Source: an uncultured Chthonomonadaceae bacterium
GTDB taxonomy: Bacteria > Armatimonadota > Chthonomonadetes > Chthonomonadales > Chthonomonadaceae
Direction of reading: 5' to 3'
DNA: 64,000 bases
Assembly (NCBI GenBank): GCA_963835065.1
Contig: CAWIEK010000049.1
Coordinates: 672,001 to 736,000, forward strand
Shown: positions 62,905 through 64,000 of the stretch, piece after piece
Position numbering within the stretch: position 1 is the stretch's first letter
Layout of the letters: each line of letters begins with the position of its first letter
Notes under the pieces: generated by a model
The model's input: only the letters and a program-made list of their open reading frames with translations
What the model was told of the DNA's origin: nothing
The model's database searches: none
Program-made: the position numbers and the translations under genes

Positions 62905-63156
62905 AAAGGATATGTAGAGGCATCGTCGAAATCTTGGCAATGCAGCGCTTCCAGCCCGGTGTCTCGTTGTGTCAAATTGTAGGAGAGAGGCGTCGTGACC
63001 TCAGCAGCGTCAAGGCGGATGGCAGTGTTCAGGCATCTTCTTGCGCCTCCCTTCCTGAGTAAGTAGTTGATAGTTGATACGAACTCGAACGTTCAACTTT
63101 CTTGTCTAAATAGTAGACACTTGTACTTTTAGACGGGTATGTTGTGCAAAAGGTTC
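62905..63156 (-). ncRNA. Candidate small RNA / minigene unit, copy C
   Basis: GAAC-N17-CGTCTAA promoter, (TATCAAC)n, AAGGGAGG SD, ORF MPEHCHPP* (63036-63010), conserved tail. Confidence 0.6.
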
Positions 63157-63268
63157 GCTTTTTCCGCGTTATTCTGCTGTTTTTTGGCTTTTTTTCTGTG
63201 TCTTTTTTGTGGAATGGCTGCTGTTTGCTGTTGGCGTCGTGTGAGGAACGGGGTTGAGTAACACTTTT

Positions 63269-64000
63269 ATGCCTGGCTGGAAAAACCGCCTGCGTCACCT
63301 GCTCATCGCCCCGGAACCCGCTCTGCCTGCTTCCATTCTGACGGGGCATTTAGAGCGGTTTCGCGGCCTGCCTGCCAACGCTGCCGTGTGCATCAAAGTG
63401 TCGTGCGCGTATGATCTGCCCTACCCTTTTGCGGTTTCGCGCGGGTTTGTCGCGCAGGTTGTGCAGGAGATATATCAGGCGAATTCAGGCGTGAATATCG
63501 CGCTGACGGAAGGGGGAGTCGGAGGACAATCTATCTGCGGCATGGCGTCCCGGCACGGGCTGGACACCCTTGCCAATGCGCGGTTTGAGGATGCTGAAGC
63601 GGTGGAACCAATTTATGCGCCGAACCCGAACCCCCAGCCGTTCCGCGAGGCAGGGTTTTATCTGCCGGCCTGTTGGGTTGAGGCCGACATGCGGATACTG
63701 CTGACAACGTGCAAACTGCGCAGCCATCATTTTCAGCGCTGGTACAGCGGGGGAACGCGCAATCTCATTGGTCTGCTGCCGCGCAGTCGCTATAAACTTT
63801 CCGCAAGCAAGCGCGAGATGCGCAGCGTCATGCACCAGCGGGGCATAGACGCGATGGTTGCCGACCTTTACGCCACCACCGGCCAGAACACGCTGACTAT
63901 TCTCGACGCCCGTCTTGTCGCCCGTCAGGACGAGCATTTCCCCGTCCGCTTTACGCGCAAATTGAACCAGATTGTTGTCGCCGAGGATCCCGCCGAAGCG
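63269..64000 (+). CDS. DUF362-like protein, truncated by the window end
   Basis: Open frame I translated from ATG 63269: VCIKVS, IALTEGG, GGTRNLIGLLP, MHQRGIDAMVADL; absent from the ORF track because no stop is reached. Confidence 0.6.
   Translation, partial: MPGWKNRLRHLLIAPEPALPASILTGHLERFRGLPANAAVCIKVSCAYDLPYPFAVSRGFVAQVVQEIYQANSGVNIALTEGGVGGQSICGMASRHGLDTLANARFEDAEAVEPIYAPNPNPQPFREAGFYLPACWVEADMRILLTTCKLRSHHFQRWYSGGTRNLIGLLPRSRYKLSASKREMRSVMHQRGIDAMVADLYATTGQNTLTILDARLVARQDEHFPVRFTRKLNQIVVAEDPAEA

Noticed and set aside
63485..63937. Minus-strand 150-aa ORF
   Set aside because: Shadow of a longer plus-strand DUF362-like frame running off the window.
1..64000. tRNA, rRNA, transposase or prophage genes
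   Set aside because: None recognised by eye; tRNAscan-SE and ISfinder were not run.

Overview
GC-rich bacterial chromosome segment. Gene content suggests Armatimonadota, but that is inference only. From left to right: (1) the distal spc ribosomal protein operon on the minus strand (rpsN to map), detached from rplN-rplX-rplE and apparently given its own promoter; (2) a type III-associated CRISPR processing/adaptation module (cas6, csx15, TM-CARF, cas2, stand-alone reverse transcriptase, cas1) with a 26-spacer array and no effector genes in the window; (3) a PIN/HTH toxin-antitoxin pair, secreted proteins, galK-like, galU, HD protein, nfo, moaDE and Uma2 genes; (4) a PyrR-regulated pyr operon interrupted by cargo genes, with carB split in two; (5) metG, PSP1/RicT, ankyrin, SARP-type regulator and sugar ABC genes. 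Two unannotated systems stand out. One is three dispersed copies of a unit made of an ECF-type promoter, a strong Shine-Dalgarno, an 8-9 codon ORF ending Pro-TGA and a ~105-nt conserved tail. The other is a family of inverted repeats with 7- or 9-mer tandem arms. These sit at stop codons, enclose exactly 57-nt variable cores in five spc-operon copies, nest within each other, bracket a whole gene and occur in frame inside proteins. Several frameshifts, including one in map, suggest indel errors in the assembly.
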